Source of the DNA: Limnochordia bacterium
GTDB lineage: Bacteria; Bacillota; Limnochordia; DTU080
Assembly (NCBI GenBank): GCA_050951545.1
Contig: JBMNJG010000004.1
Coordinates: forward strand, 96,001 to 160,000
Direction: 5' to 3'
Length of the DNA: 64,000 nucleotides
Shown here: positions 40,525 to 49,988 of the stretch, piece by piece
How the letters are laid out: each line of letters starts with the position of its first letter
Position numbering within the stretch: the stretch's first letter is position 1
Notes under the pieces: model-generated
Seen by the model: the letters and a program-made list of their open reading frames with translations, nothing else
Told to the model about the DNA's origin: nothing
Databases searched by the model: none
Program-made: the position numbers and the translations under genes

Positions 40525-41571
40525 CTACGCAAGCCAACGGCGCATGAACGGCCATATGCCCGCCTTGTAGTATCGGTGACCACCCTCGCCAGTGTAGAGC
40601 TCACAGCGCTCGCCCACACCAGCTGCCGTATACGCTTCTTTCACCCTCTCGAATGCAGCCTGTGTAGCTTCATAGGGGAAGATGGGGTCTGTGCGGCCAG
40701 CTACGGCCAAAAAGGCGCGAGGGGCAGTGAGGCTGGCCACGTCATACATCTCGGCAACGGCCAACAGGCCTGGCACGTAGTTGCATTCGCAGTGGCGTAT
40801 AGAACCGATAGAGTGCTCGAACGTACAGAAATAAGAGGATGGAGCGCTAACCGTGATTCGCTCGTCACAGGCGCCAGCGAACAGGGAGACGGTACCGCCA
40901 CCCGAGTTTCCTGTGACAGCGACCCGCGAAGTGTCAATCTCAGGGCGCGTGGTCGCGTAATCGATCAAACGCATCACATCCCAGACACGCTCACCAATCA
41001 AGGTTCTGCCAAACATCATGGCGTGCATTTGCATTGTGCGACAGGAGTTGTTCGCATCCTTGTCGATCTCAGGTTGGCGGCGCAGCCCCGCGAAACCTCG
41101 CATGTCAGGGGCGATAGCCACATAGCCTTCGCGCACAGCCTGCAAGGCGACATCACGTTCACCAGCTTCTAGGTCTTTGCGCTCAGCTTCAGTCTCCCAC
41201 ATCCCAACGTACGTCTTTTTCGCCGCTTTTCCGTGACCGTGGGGAGTAATGACGAGCGGAAGGGCTCCGTCTTGTGTTTTGGGGCGCAGCAGATAGAAGG
41301 GCACCATAAAGCCCGGCTCCGTCTCTAGTGTCCACTCTTCGCGGAGATGATCGTCCATCTCCTCAGTCCCTATTTGCCGGGCTACAGGGGCATTGCTGCA
41401 ACGAGCAGAGATTCTGTTGAGCCCCAGGAGTTTGTGCAGATACGGTCGGAAATCGCGCTGCCAGGCCTCGAATTCCGCTTTCGTCTTGGCGCGGCAGGCG
41501 AAAGGACGGTAGCTCTCCGACGCGAGTACGTGTACATAGTTATCCGGTGTGAGCTGCAAGGTTTCGGTCAT
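40525..41571 (-). CDS. Alpha/beta hydrolase (same broad family as 5178-6218)
   Basis: HGHG, GNSGGG, LTAPRAFL, terminal GGHRYY; AAAGGGAGG RBS. Confidence 0.85.
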   Translation of the reverse strand: MTETLQLTPDNYVHVLASESYRPFACRAKTKAEFEAWQRDFRPYLHKLLGLNRISARCSNAPVARQIGTEEMDDHLREEWTLETEPGFMVPFYLLRPKTQDGALPLVITPHGHGKAAKKTYVGMWETEAERKDLEAGERDVALQAVREGYVAIAPDMRGFAGLRRQPEIDKDANNSCRTMQMHAMMFGRTLIGERVWDVMRLIDYATTRPEIDTSRVAVTGNSGGGTVSLFAGACDERITVSAPSSYFCTFEHSIGSIRHCECNYVPGLLAVAEMYDVASLTAPRAFLAVAGRTDPIFPYEATQAAFERVKEAYTAAGVGERCELYTGEGGHRYYKAGIWPFMRRWLA

Positions 41572-41711
41572 ATAGCCCACGCCTCCCTTTCTAAGGAATG
41601 GCTTGATACCAGAATGGGGTTCTAGTCCAGATGTCGGGATCCTTCCACTCGGCGCAGGAGAAAGGCGTCTTTCCAGGAAATCTGTCGGTGTTTCTCGAGA
41701 TGCGGTAGGAT

Positions 41712-43661
41712 GTGAAAGGGGAGCGTCGCTTGGCTCAGGTAGGTTCTGATGCGGTCGTGGCACGCAAGCGAGGGCGCCGCGGACGCGTGGCAGCGCTTGT
41801 GGGAGCATGGTTGGGGCTCGTGGTCTGGGCAGCGGCTAGTTACGCGCCTTTGGATCAGCTAGGCGTGGAACTCTATCGACCGTATTTCCTCCCCTGTGCT
41901 ACTGTGCTATCGCTGTGGCTGCCCCTAAGCCGGGCAATTGATTGGGTGCGCACCCGTCGCGTAGAAAGCGGTGCAGTTTACCTGCTCTTGGCCGTCGGTT
42001 CGGTTCTGGCCGGGAGGTGGTCGGATGCGGTGCTTATTCTCAGTGTTGGGACGTCAGTGTCTGCACTCCGTGCCTCATTATGCGAGCGGGCTAGCCAGCC
42101 TGTTGAGATGTGGCAAGAGGTTTTGGATGCCGCTCAGGCTGCAGCGCAGACCTCCAGCCAAGTCACGGATGACGGTGGCCTCGCCACGGTGGTTGTCCCG
42201 ACAGACACGGTGGTCCCATATGATGGTTTCGTCTTGGGCGACGGGGCGTGGGTGGCCTCCTTCTGGGCAGAGTCTCCCACGGTCAGCCTAGAGCCCGAAG
42301 ACCCAGTCTTTGCGGGTGATATCAACCTAGGTGATCCACTGAGTCTCGTGGTCGCTCGTAGCGGAGCTGACACGGTGCTCTCTCGCACGGTGGCCATGGG
42401 GCAAGCTGCTCTATGTCAGGGTGAGGGGGCGAATGTGCTGCTCTCTGCACTCAACAGGTGGTCCTTGGTGTGTACCATAGCAGCCGTGGTGATGGCCGTG
42501 GGTCTCCCCGTGCTGTGGGGCGCCTCCGTCAAAAGGGTATTGGTTAGAAGCATGAGTCTCGTGGCGCTAGCGATCCCTGGGGCTTGGTCTGTAGCTGCTG
42601 AACTGCCGCATGTCGCAGCAGTAGGGGCTGCTTTGCGCAGAGGCGTGATTCCTATGTACCAATCGGTTCTTAGTCGAGTTGCTCGGTTGCGAATGCTCGT
42701 GGTCGTGAATGTGACGACGATTACCAGTCGCCAGGCACTGGTCGTCGACGTACTGCCCCTGAAGCCGCAGGCGTGCGCCCCTGATGAACTGCTAACTGTG
42801 GCAGCCGCAGTAGAGACTGCGGCCAGGGCGAGCCATCCTTTTGCAAGAGCCATTCGCCGAGCATCTCGTAACGAAAAGCTTGCTTTGCCGCATGCTGAGC
42901 AAGGGAGGCAGTGGCCTGGTTTGGGTGTTTCAGCTCTCGTGGACGGGCACCATTGCCTAGTGGGCAATGAGGATCTGATGCGGCAACATGGGCTGAACAC
43001 AGCTGCCTTAGATCATTTGGTCGCTCAGACGAGAGAGGATGCGTGTGTACCCATCTTCTGTGCCGCCGATGGCCACATCCTTGGCGTGCTAGGTATCAGC
43101 GAGACGGAGTGTCAAGCGTGGCCGCGCACAAGTGCTCGACTGGAGAAACTCGGAGTGAAATCACTACTGCTCAGCAGTAGTGATTCGGACAGGCAGCAGC
43201 GTACTGCGTGGTTGCCCGCAAACAGCTGGGAAGTGACGCTGCTAGGTGGTCAGGAGCTGTCTACACTACGAGCTTGGGCAGGGCCTGGAGCCGTCATCGG
43301 TGTGGCTGCCGACGTTGACAGCGAACCTACGATGCTTCAGCAAGCTGATCTGGGCATCGGGCTAGGACCGATAGCGCTTCTGGGCGATGAAGGCCAGCTG
43401 GCGCTACCCAGACGCAATCTTGGTGACCTTCCCTGGCTTATCATGCAGGCGAGGCGTTTGCGGAGGAGGGCTGTCGTGATCGGTCTTGCTGCAGTGCTTT
43501 CGCGCCTAGCGCTGGCAGTGATGGTATTGCGCGGCCACTTCGAGACTCTCCAAGTGGTGCTGTTCGATGGGGCGGCGGCCGTGATACTCACAGGGGCCGC
43601 TTGGCGTCTACTGGGACGTCGATCGCCCAGCATGCCTCGGCCTTCGGCAGCCAGCAAGTAG
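41712..43661 (+). CDS. Degenerate heavy-metal P1B-type ATPase homolog lacking catalytic motifs
   Basis: P1B layout (VPYDG...VFAGDIN, SHPFARAI, PGLGV, VGN, ADLGI), but DKTGT, CPC, TGES, TGDN and GDGxND are all replaced. Start may be TTG 41730. Confidence 0.75.
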   Translation: MKGERRLAQVGSDAVVARKRGRRGRVAALVGAWLGLVVWAAASYAPLDQLGVELYRPYFLPCATVLSLWLPLSRAIDWVRTRRVESGAVYLLLAVGSVLAGRWSDAVLILSVGTSVSALRASLCERASQPVEMWQEVLDAAQAAAQTSSQVTDDGGLATVVVPTDTVVPYDGFVLGDGAWVASFWAESPTVSLEPEDPVFAGDINLGDPLSLVVARSGADTVLSRTVAMGQAALCQGEGANVLLSALNRWSLVCTIAAVVMAVGLPVLWGASVKRVLVRSMSLVALAIPGAWSVAAELPHVAAVGAALRRGVIPMYQSVLSRVARLRMLVVVNVTTITSRQALVVDVLPLKPQACAPDELLTVAAAVETAARASHPFARAIRRASRNEKLALPHAEQGRQWPGLGVSALVDGHHCLVGNEDLMRQHGLNTAALDHLVAQTREDACVPIFCAADGHILGVLGISETECQAWPRTSARLEKLGVKSLLLSSSDSDRQQRTAWLPANSWEVTLLGGQELSTLRAWAGPGAVIGVAADVDSEPTMLQQADLGIGLGPIALLGDEGQLALPRRNLGDLPWLIMQARRLRRRAVVIGLAAVLSRLALAVMVLRGHFETLQVVLFDGAAAVILTGAAWRLLGRRSPSMPRPSAASK

Positions 43662-43679
43662 GGGAGGGGAGCAGCAAGC

Positions 43680-43718
43680 CCCCCAATCGCTGCTCCTAGC
43701 GGTACGGCGATTGGGGGG
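43680..43718. terminator. Hairpin between convergent genes
   Basis: CCCCCAATCGC...GCGATTGGGGG. Confidence 0.5.
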
Positions 43719-43723
43719 GATGA

Positions 43724-45202
43724 TCAGGCATGAGGCCCGCACAGGGTGATTGCCTTGCGAATGCGCTCGAGGCAGCTCTGACGGCCTAGAATCTCCATGC
43801 TCTCGACGAGCGGCGGGCTAACCAAGCGCCCTGTGATGGCGATGCGCAAGGGCTGGAAAGCATCCCTGGCCTTGACTTCAAGCTGCTCAGCGACACCCCG
43901 CACAGCCGCCTCTAGGTCGGTGGGCTGCCAGGGCGTGTGTGACAGCTTCTCCTCTAGAGTCATGAGAACTCGTTTTGCCTTGGCTGTCAGGGCCTTCTTC
44001 ACAGCTTTGGGGTCGTACTGCGGTGGGCAGAAAAAGAAATCGGTGATGGCGCCGATTTCTGACAGCACCTTGATGCGCTCTTGTGCTAAGGCGACCACTT
44101 TTTCTAACCGCTCTAGTTCGATACCTTCGGGAGGCCCAGATAGGTATCCCGCTTTCTGCAGAAAGGGGACACAGGCTTGAGTGAGCTCGTCGATTGGCAT
44201 CGAGCGGATGTAGTAGCCGTTGAGCCATTCGAGCTTTGTCAGATCGAAAATCGAGGGCGCTCTTGTGACCCGGTCGAGGCTGAATTCGGCTATCATGCGT
44301 TCGCGGCTTATCTCTTCGTTGCCGTCGACTGGTGACCAGCCCATGAGGACCAGGAAATTCAGCAAAGCTTCGGGCAGGAAACCCTTGTCGCGGTAGTCTC
44401 CGACGAAACTATCGCCGTGGCGTTTGCTGAGTTTCGTACGATCTGAGCCCAGGATGTGACCTACGTGAGCGATAACAGGCGGCTCTGCCCCCAGGGCTTC
44501 GTAGATCAGGATCTGCTGAGGCGTGTTGCTGATGTGTCCCTCGCCTCGGATGACATGGGTGATGCGCATCTCAATGTCGTCAACGGCCACGGCGAAGTTA
44601 TAGGTAGGTACACCGTTGCTGCGCACAATGATCGGGTCGGACATGTCATCGGTAGGGGTCTGTATCTGTCCTCGTAAAATGTCTTCGAAGCAGACCACGC
44701 TGCCATCGGGAACGCGAAAGCGGATGGTTGGCTGGCGTCCCTCTCGCTCCAGAGCGGCCCTTTGGGTTGCACTCAGATGCAGACAGCGGCGGCTGTACGT
44801 GTATCCCGCGCCCTTCTCTTGCGCCTGGGCTCTCTCGGTAGCAAGCTCTTCTGGCGTGCAGTAGCAGAAGTACGCGTGATCCGATTCGATCAGGCGCTTG
44901 GCATAGCGATCGTAGATGCCTAGCCGCTCCATCTGCCGGTAGGGTCCATAGGCACCGCCTATGTCGGGGCCTTCATCCCAAGTTAGGCCGAGCCAGCGCA
45001 TCTCATTGTAGATCACGCTTTCCCATTCAGGTTTGGATCGCTCTTGGTCGGTATCTTCAAACCGCAGAATAAAAACGCCATTCTGACTGCGGGCAAACAG
45101 CCAGTTGAAAAGCGCTGTATGCAGGTTGCCGACGTGGATGGGCCCCGTGGGAGAAGGTGCCATGCGCACGCGGACCTGTGTCTCCTGTGCCACTCGTATC
45201 AC
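43724..45202 (-). CDS. gltX: Glutamate--tRNA ligase
   Basis: APSPTGPIHVG (HIGH), LRFEDTD, KLSKR. Confidence 0.95.
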   Translation of the reverse strand: MIRVAQETQVRVRMAPSPTGPIHVGNLHTALFNWLFARSQNGVFILRFEDTDQERSKPEWESVIYNEMRWLGLTWDEGPDIGGAYGPYRQMERLGIYDRYAKRLIESDHAYFCYCTPEELATERAQAQEKGAGYTYSRRCLHLSATQRAALEREGRQPTIRFRVPDGSVVCFEDILRGQIQTPTDDMSDPIIVRSNGVPTYNFAVAVDDIEMRITHVIRGEGHISNTPQQILIYEALGAEPPVIAHVGHILGSDRTKLSKRHGDSFVGDYRDKGFLPEALLNFLVLMGWSPVDGNEEISRERMIAEFSLDRVTRAPSIFDLTKLEWLNGYYIRSMPIDELTQACVPFLQKAGYLSGPPEGIELERLEKVVALAQERIKVLSEIGAITDFFFCPPQYDPKAVKKALTAKAKRVLMTLEEKLSHTPWQPTDLEAAVRGVAEQLEVKARDAFQPLRIAITGRLVSPPLVESMEILGRQSCLERIRKAITLCGPHA

Positions 45203-45547
45203 TCCTCAGAGTATCCTTCTACGTTGAAACATGGCAGGTGGTAGGTCACCATGCATGATTGTACCATACCGCAATACTGACGCGCTTGGTCTGCTTGCTT
45301 TCTGGCCGCTCCGAGAAAATCGAGTGATGCTGTACGGGTGCACGTCGGCGGCTGCTCTCAGTGTTCGCAGTTTGTGACACAAGCTTGCCACCGATAGTGT
45401 ACGTTACGGCGGTGTCAGGAAGCCTTATTCGAGGTTTAGCTCTGCCGATTTCTCGACATAGAGTCATTGCTATAGGAAGGATACTATGGAGGTCTAAGGG
45501 AAATGTGGAGGTGTAATAGGTAGTTATCAACTGAGGGGGTTGAGACA

Positions 45548-46885
45548 ATGGCGCGTCAGATTCGCTGGTGTTTGGCAGTATGCTTGGTGCTCGCTTTGGT
45601 CTGGATACCAGGGGCCTTGGCGAAGGAACAGGTGGTCTTAAAGTGGACCACATGCTGTGGGCAGGTGGATCGCCACGAGCTGTTTCAGTCGTGGGCACGG
45701 CGCTATGAGTCCCGTAATCCAGGAATAAAAGTCGAGTGGGAGTACCCTTCTGGTAGCTATGGGGCCGTATTGTTAACGCGAATCGTTGGGGGTGCGGGCC
45801 CTGATGTGATGTGGATCGGAGGTGCCTACTCAGAGCTGGCCGACCTATTCGCCTCAGTTGACGACATGCGCACGCGCACTGGTGGGCCACTGCGCGATGT
45901 CATGCCTTCGGTGTTTCCCCTGTTCTCGTGGGGAGGGAAGCTAGGTGCTGCACCCTACGGGGCCAACACAGTGCCGTTCTTCATCAACCAGCGCCTCTTC
46001 GCTGAGGCAGGTCTCCAGGTACCGTCACCCAGCTGGACCTGGGATGATTTCCTGGTCTTGATCAAGCGTCTTACGGCGGATCTCGATGGCGATGGCGAGC
46101 CCGACAGATGGGGCTTTGATATTCGTTCCGGTGGGTACCAAGGTACTGCGGTGTCGTGGGGGGGAGCACCGTTCACCCCGGACGGACGAAAGGTGGCCTT
46201 CAACAACCCCATTACGGTTGGGGTTACGCAGATTATCGTGGATCTGGTGACCAACAAGCACGGGCCCTATCAGTTACCTGCAGGCCGGGGTGACTTCGCG
46301 GCCGTAGCTAGGTCAGGTGCGGCGGCCATTGTGGCGGGCGGTGTCTGGGGGGTTCCTGCTCTGCGTCAGTTGCCCGAGGATGAATGGGAGGGCATCATCT
46401 TCCCTGGTTATGAGTATCAGGGTGAGCGATATCACGGCACGTATCTCTCAGGAGAGGCGTGGGCCATCTCAAACACAACACCCTACCCAGCAGAGGCTCG
46501 GCGCTTTGTGGAGTTCTTGCTGGATAAGGAGCAGATGCGCGAGTTCGCTCGTCTGGGCGGCATCATCCCCACCCAGCAAGCGGTGGCTCGGGAGTTCTTC
46601 CACCCATCGACCTCGAAGCCACAAAATATGGCGGCATTCTTGGATTGCCTCGAGGTGGGCAAGCCTCTCTGGAACACCCACCCCGCTGGTAATGAGGTGA
46701 TTACCCGGTCAGGTACGGTCTGGTCAGACCTCTGGGCAGGTAGACTGCCTGCCATCACAGCTTACGAGCAGATGGAAGTGATTGGGAACGCCGTCTTGGC
46801 CGACTTTCTGGGCAAAGAAGCAGTAAGGTATTCTCTAGGCGGTCCGTCTCATTCTATAATGACAAGTATGGTTGACGCCTGCTGA
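45548..46885 (+). CDS. ABC solute-binding protein, diverged paralog A (C-terminal frameshift extension)
   Basis: Close homolog of the next three genes; one extra base near 46805-46808 shifts the frame past the TAA used by the downstream copies. Confidence 0.88.
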   Translation: MARQIRWCLAVCLVLALVWIPGALAKEQVVLKWTTCCGQVDRHELFQSWARRYESRNPGIKVEWEYPSGSYGAVLLTRIVGGAGPDVMWIGGAYSELADLFASVDDMRTRTGGPLRDVMPSVFPLFSWGGKLGAAPYGANTVPFFINQRLFAEAGLQVPSPSWTWDDFLVLIKRLTADLDGDGEPDRWGFDIRSGGYQGTAVSWGGAPFTPDGRKVAFNNPITVGVTQIIVDLVTNKHGPYQLPAGRGDFAAVARSGAAAIVAGGVWGVPALRQLPEDEWEGIIFPGYEYQGERYHGTYLSGEAWAISNTTPYPAEARRFVEFLLDKEQMREFARLGGIIPTQQAVAREFFHPSTSKPQNMAAFLDCLEVGKPLWNTHPAGNEVITRSGTVWSDLWAGRLPAITAYEQMEVIGNAVLADFLGKEAVRYSLGGPSHSIMTSMVDAC

Positions 46886-46900
46886 TTAGCGGGCGTCAAC
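46871..46900 (+). terminator. Intergenic hairpin (also at +1480 and +2960)
   Basis: GTTGACGCCTGCT-GATT-AGCGGGCGTCAAC. Confidence 0.5.
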
Positions 46901-47028
46901 ATTATCTCTTTGCATAGTTGCTAGACAATGGGGGTCGTAGGTAGAAGGAGATCAATAGAGTCGAAGGGAAACAGGGAGGTGAAATTGTCAGCTATCAAAG
47001 CTATCAGATCGAGGGGGGTTATCACAGA

Positions 47029-48306
47029 ATGACGCGTCCGATTCGCTGGTGTTTGGCACTGTACTTGGTGCTCGCTTTGGTTTGGATACCAGGGGCCTTG
47101 GCGAAGGAACAGGTGGTCTTGAAGTGGACCACATGCTGTGGGCAACTGGATCGTCACGAGCTGTTTCAGTCGTGGGCGCGCCGCTATGAATCTCGTAATC
47201 CGGGAGTTAAGGTGGAGTGGGAGTACCCTGCTGGGAGCTATGGGAACGTGTTGCTGACCCGGATCGTTGGCGGCGCGGGACCTGACGTCATGTGGATCGG
47301 GGGCGCCTACTCACAGTTAGCTGACCTATTCGCCTCTGTGGAAGACATGCGAACGCGCGCTGGGGGGCCGCTGCGTGAGGTCATGCCCCAGGTATTCCCT
47401 CTTTTCACTTGGGGAGGGAAGCTGGGTGCGGCACCTTACGGGGCGAACACGGTGCCGTTCTTTGTCAACCAACGCCTTTTCGCTGAAGCAGGTCTGAGAA
47501 TACCTCCACCCAACTGGACCTGGGATGATTTCCTCGTCTTGGTCAAGCGTCTTACTGTGGATCTCGATGGCGATGGCCAGCCCGATCGATGGGGTTTTGA
47601 CATCCGCTCCGGAGGATACCAGTTGACCGCGCTCTCCTGGGGAGGAGCACCCTTCTCGCCTGACGGGCGCAAGGTGGCCTTCAATAACCCCATCACGGTT
47701 GGGGCTACACAAACTCTCGCAGATCTAGCAAACAACAGACACGGCCCCTATCAGTTGCCAGCAGGCCGAGGTGACTTCGCGGCAGTGGCGAGGTCTGGCG
47801 TGGTGGCTGTCGTAGCGGGCGGTGTCTGGGGGGTTCCTGCTCTGCGTCAGTTGCCCGAGGATGAATGGGAGGGCATCGTCTTTCCTGCCTATGAATATCA
47901 GGGTGAGCGCTATCACGGCTCCTATCTGTCAGGTGAGGCGTGGGCGATCTCTAACACAACACCATACCCAGAAGAAGCACGGCGGTTCGTAGAGTTCCTG
48001 CTGGAGAAGGAGCAGATGCGTGAGTTCGCCCGTCTGGGCGGCATCATTCCGACCCAGCAGTCGGTGGCCCGGGAGTTCTTCCACCCATCGACCTCGAAGC
48101 CACAAAACATGGCGGCATTCTTGGATTGCCTCGAGGTGGGCAAGCCTCTATACAATATCCACCCCGCTGGAAATGACATCATCTCCCGGTCTGGTCCGGT
48201 CTGGTCAGAGCTGTGGGCAGGCAGAATGCCCGCCTCTGCGGCACTAGAACAGATGGAGGTGATCGGAAACGCCGTCTTGGCCGACTTTTGGGCAAAGAAG
48301 CAGTAA
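47029..48306 (+). CDS. ABC solute-binding protein, paralog B copy 1
   Basis: Signal peptide ending ALA-KE, GAGPDV, DLDGDGQPDRWG. Confidence 0.9.
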   Translation: MTRPIRWCLALYLVLALVWIPGALAKEQVVLKWTTCCGQLDRHELFQSWARRYESRNPGVKVEWEYPAGSYGNVLLTRIVGGAGPDVMWIGGAYSQLADLFASVEDMRTRAGGPLREVMPQVFPLFTWGGKLGAAPYGANTVPFFVNQRLFAEAGLRIPPPNWTWDDFLVLVKRLTVDLDGDGQPDRWGFDIRSGGYQLTALSWGGAPFSPDGRKVAFNNPITVGATQTLADLANNRHGPYQLPAGRGDFAAVARSGVVAVVAGGVWGVPALRQLPEDEWEGIVFPAYEYQGERYHGSYLSGEAWAISNTTPYPEEARRFVEFLLEKEQMREFARLGGIIPTQQSVAREFFHPSTSKPQNMAAFLDCLEVGKPLYNIHPAGNDIISRSGPVWSELWAGRMPASAALEQMEVIGNAVLADFWAKKQ

Positions 48307-48508
48307 GGTATTCTCTAGGCGGTCCGTCTCATTCTATAATGACAAGTATGGTTGACGCCTGCTGATTAGCGGGCGTCAACATTATCTCTTTGCATAGTTG
48401 CTAGACAATGGGGGTCGTAGGTAGAAGGAGATCAATAGAGTCGAAGGGAAACAGGGAGGTGAAATTGTCAGCTATCAAAGCTATCAGATCGAGGGGGGTT
48501 ATCACAGA

Positions 48509-49786
48509 ATGACGCGTCCGATTCGCTGGTGTTTGGCACTGTACTTGGTGCTCGCTTTGGTTTGGATACCAGGGGCCTTGGCGAAGGAACAGGTGGTCTT
48601 GAAGTGGACCACATGCTGTGGGCAACTGGATCGTCACGAGCTGTTTCAGTCGTGGGCGCGCCGCTATGAATCTCGTAATCCGGGAGTTAAGGTGGAGTGG
48701 GAGTACCCTGCTGGGAGCTATGGGAACGTGTTGCTGACCCGGATCGTTGGCGGCGCGGGACCTGACGTCATGTGGATCGGGGGCGCCTACTCACAGTTAG
48801 CTGACCTATTCGCCTCTGTGGAAGACATGCGAACGCGCGCTGGGGGGCCGCTGCGTGAGGTCATGCCCCAGGTATTCCCTCTTTTCACTTGGGGAGGGAA
48901 GCTGGGTGCGGCACCTTACGGGGCGAACACGGTGCCGTTCTTTGTCAACCAACGCCTTTTCGCTGAAGCAGGTCTGAGAATACCTCCACCCAACTGGACC
49001 TGGGATGATTTCCTCGTCTTGGTCAAGCGTCTTACTGTGGATCTCGATGGCGATGGCCAGCCCGATCGATGGGGTTTTGACATCCGCTCCGGAGGATACC
49101 AGTTGACCGCGCTCTCCTGGGGAGGAGCACCCTTCTCGCCTGACGGGCGCAAGGTGGCCTTCAATAACCCCATCACGGTTGGGGCTACACAAACTCTCGC
49201 AGATCTAGCAAACAACAGACACGGCCCCTATCAGTTGCCAGCAGGCCGAGGTGACTTCGCGGCAGTGGCGAGGTCTGGCGTGGTGGCTGTCGTAGCGGGC
49301 GGTGTCTGGGGGGTTCCTGCTCTGCGTCAGTTGCCCGAGGATGAATGGGAGGGCATCGTCTTTCCTGCCTATGAATATCAGGGTGAGCGCTATCACGGCT
49401 CCTATCTGTCAGGTGAGGCGTGGGCGATCTCTAACACAACACCATACCCAGAAGAAGCACGGCGGTTCGTAGAGTTCCTGCTGGAGAAGGAGCAGATGCG
49501 TGAGTTCGCCCGTCTGGGCGGCATCATTCCGACCCAGCAGTCGGTGGCCCGGGAGTTCTTCCACCCATCGACCTCGAAGCCACAAAACATGGCGGCATTC
49601 TTGGATTGCCTCGAGGTGGGCAAGCCTCTATACAATATCCACCCCGCTGGAAATGACATCATCTCCCGGTCTGGTCCGGTCTGGTCAGAGCTGTGGGCAG
49701 GCAGAATGCCCGCCTCTGCGGCACTAGAACAGATGGAGGTGATCGGAAACGCCGTCTTGGCCGACTTTTGGGCAAAGAAGCAGTAA
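48509..49786 (+). CDS. ABC solute-binding protein, paralog B copy 2
   Basis: Identical translation to 47029-48306. Confidence 0.88.
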   Translation: MTRPIRWCLALYLVLALVWIPGALAKEQVVLKWTTCCGQLDRHELFQSWARRYESRNPGVKVEWEYPAGSYGNVLLTRIVGGAGPDVMWIGGAYSQLADLFASVEDMRTRAGGPLREVMPQVFPLFTWGGKLGAAPYGANTVPFFVNQRLFAEAGLRIPPPNWTWDDFLVLVKRLTVDLDGDGQPDRWGFDIRSGGYQLTALSWGGAPFSPDGRKVAFNNPITVGATQTLADLANNRHGPYQLPAGRGDFAAVARSGVVAVVAGGVWGVPALRQLPEDEWEGIVFPAYEYQGERYHGSYLSGEAWAISNTTPYPEEARRFVEFLLEKEQMREFARLGGIIPTQQSVAREFFHPSTSKPQNMAAFLDCLEVGKPLYNIHPAGNDIISRSGPVWSELWAGRMPASAALEQMEVIGNAVLADFWAKKQ

Positions 49787-49988
49787 GGTATTCTCTAGGC
49801 GGTCCGTCTCATTCTATAATGACAAGTATGGTTGACGCCTGCTGATTAGCGGGCGTCAACATTATCTCTTTGCATAGTTGCTAGACAATGGGGGTCGTAG
49901 GTAGAAGGAGATCAATAGAGTCGAAGGGAAACAGGGAGGTGAAATTGTCAGCTATCAAAGCTATCAGATCGAGGGGGGTTATCACAGA

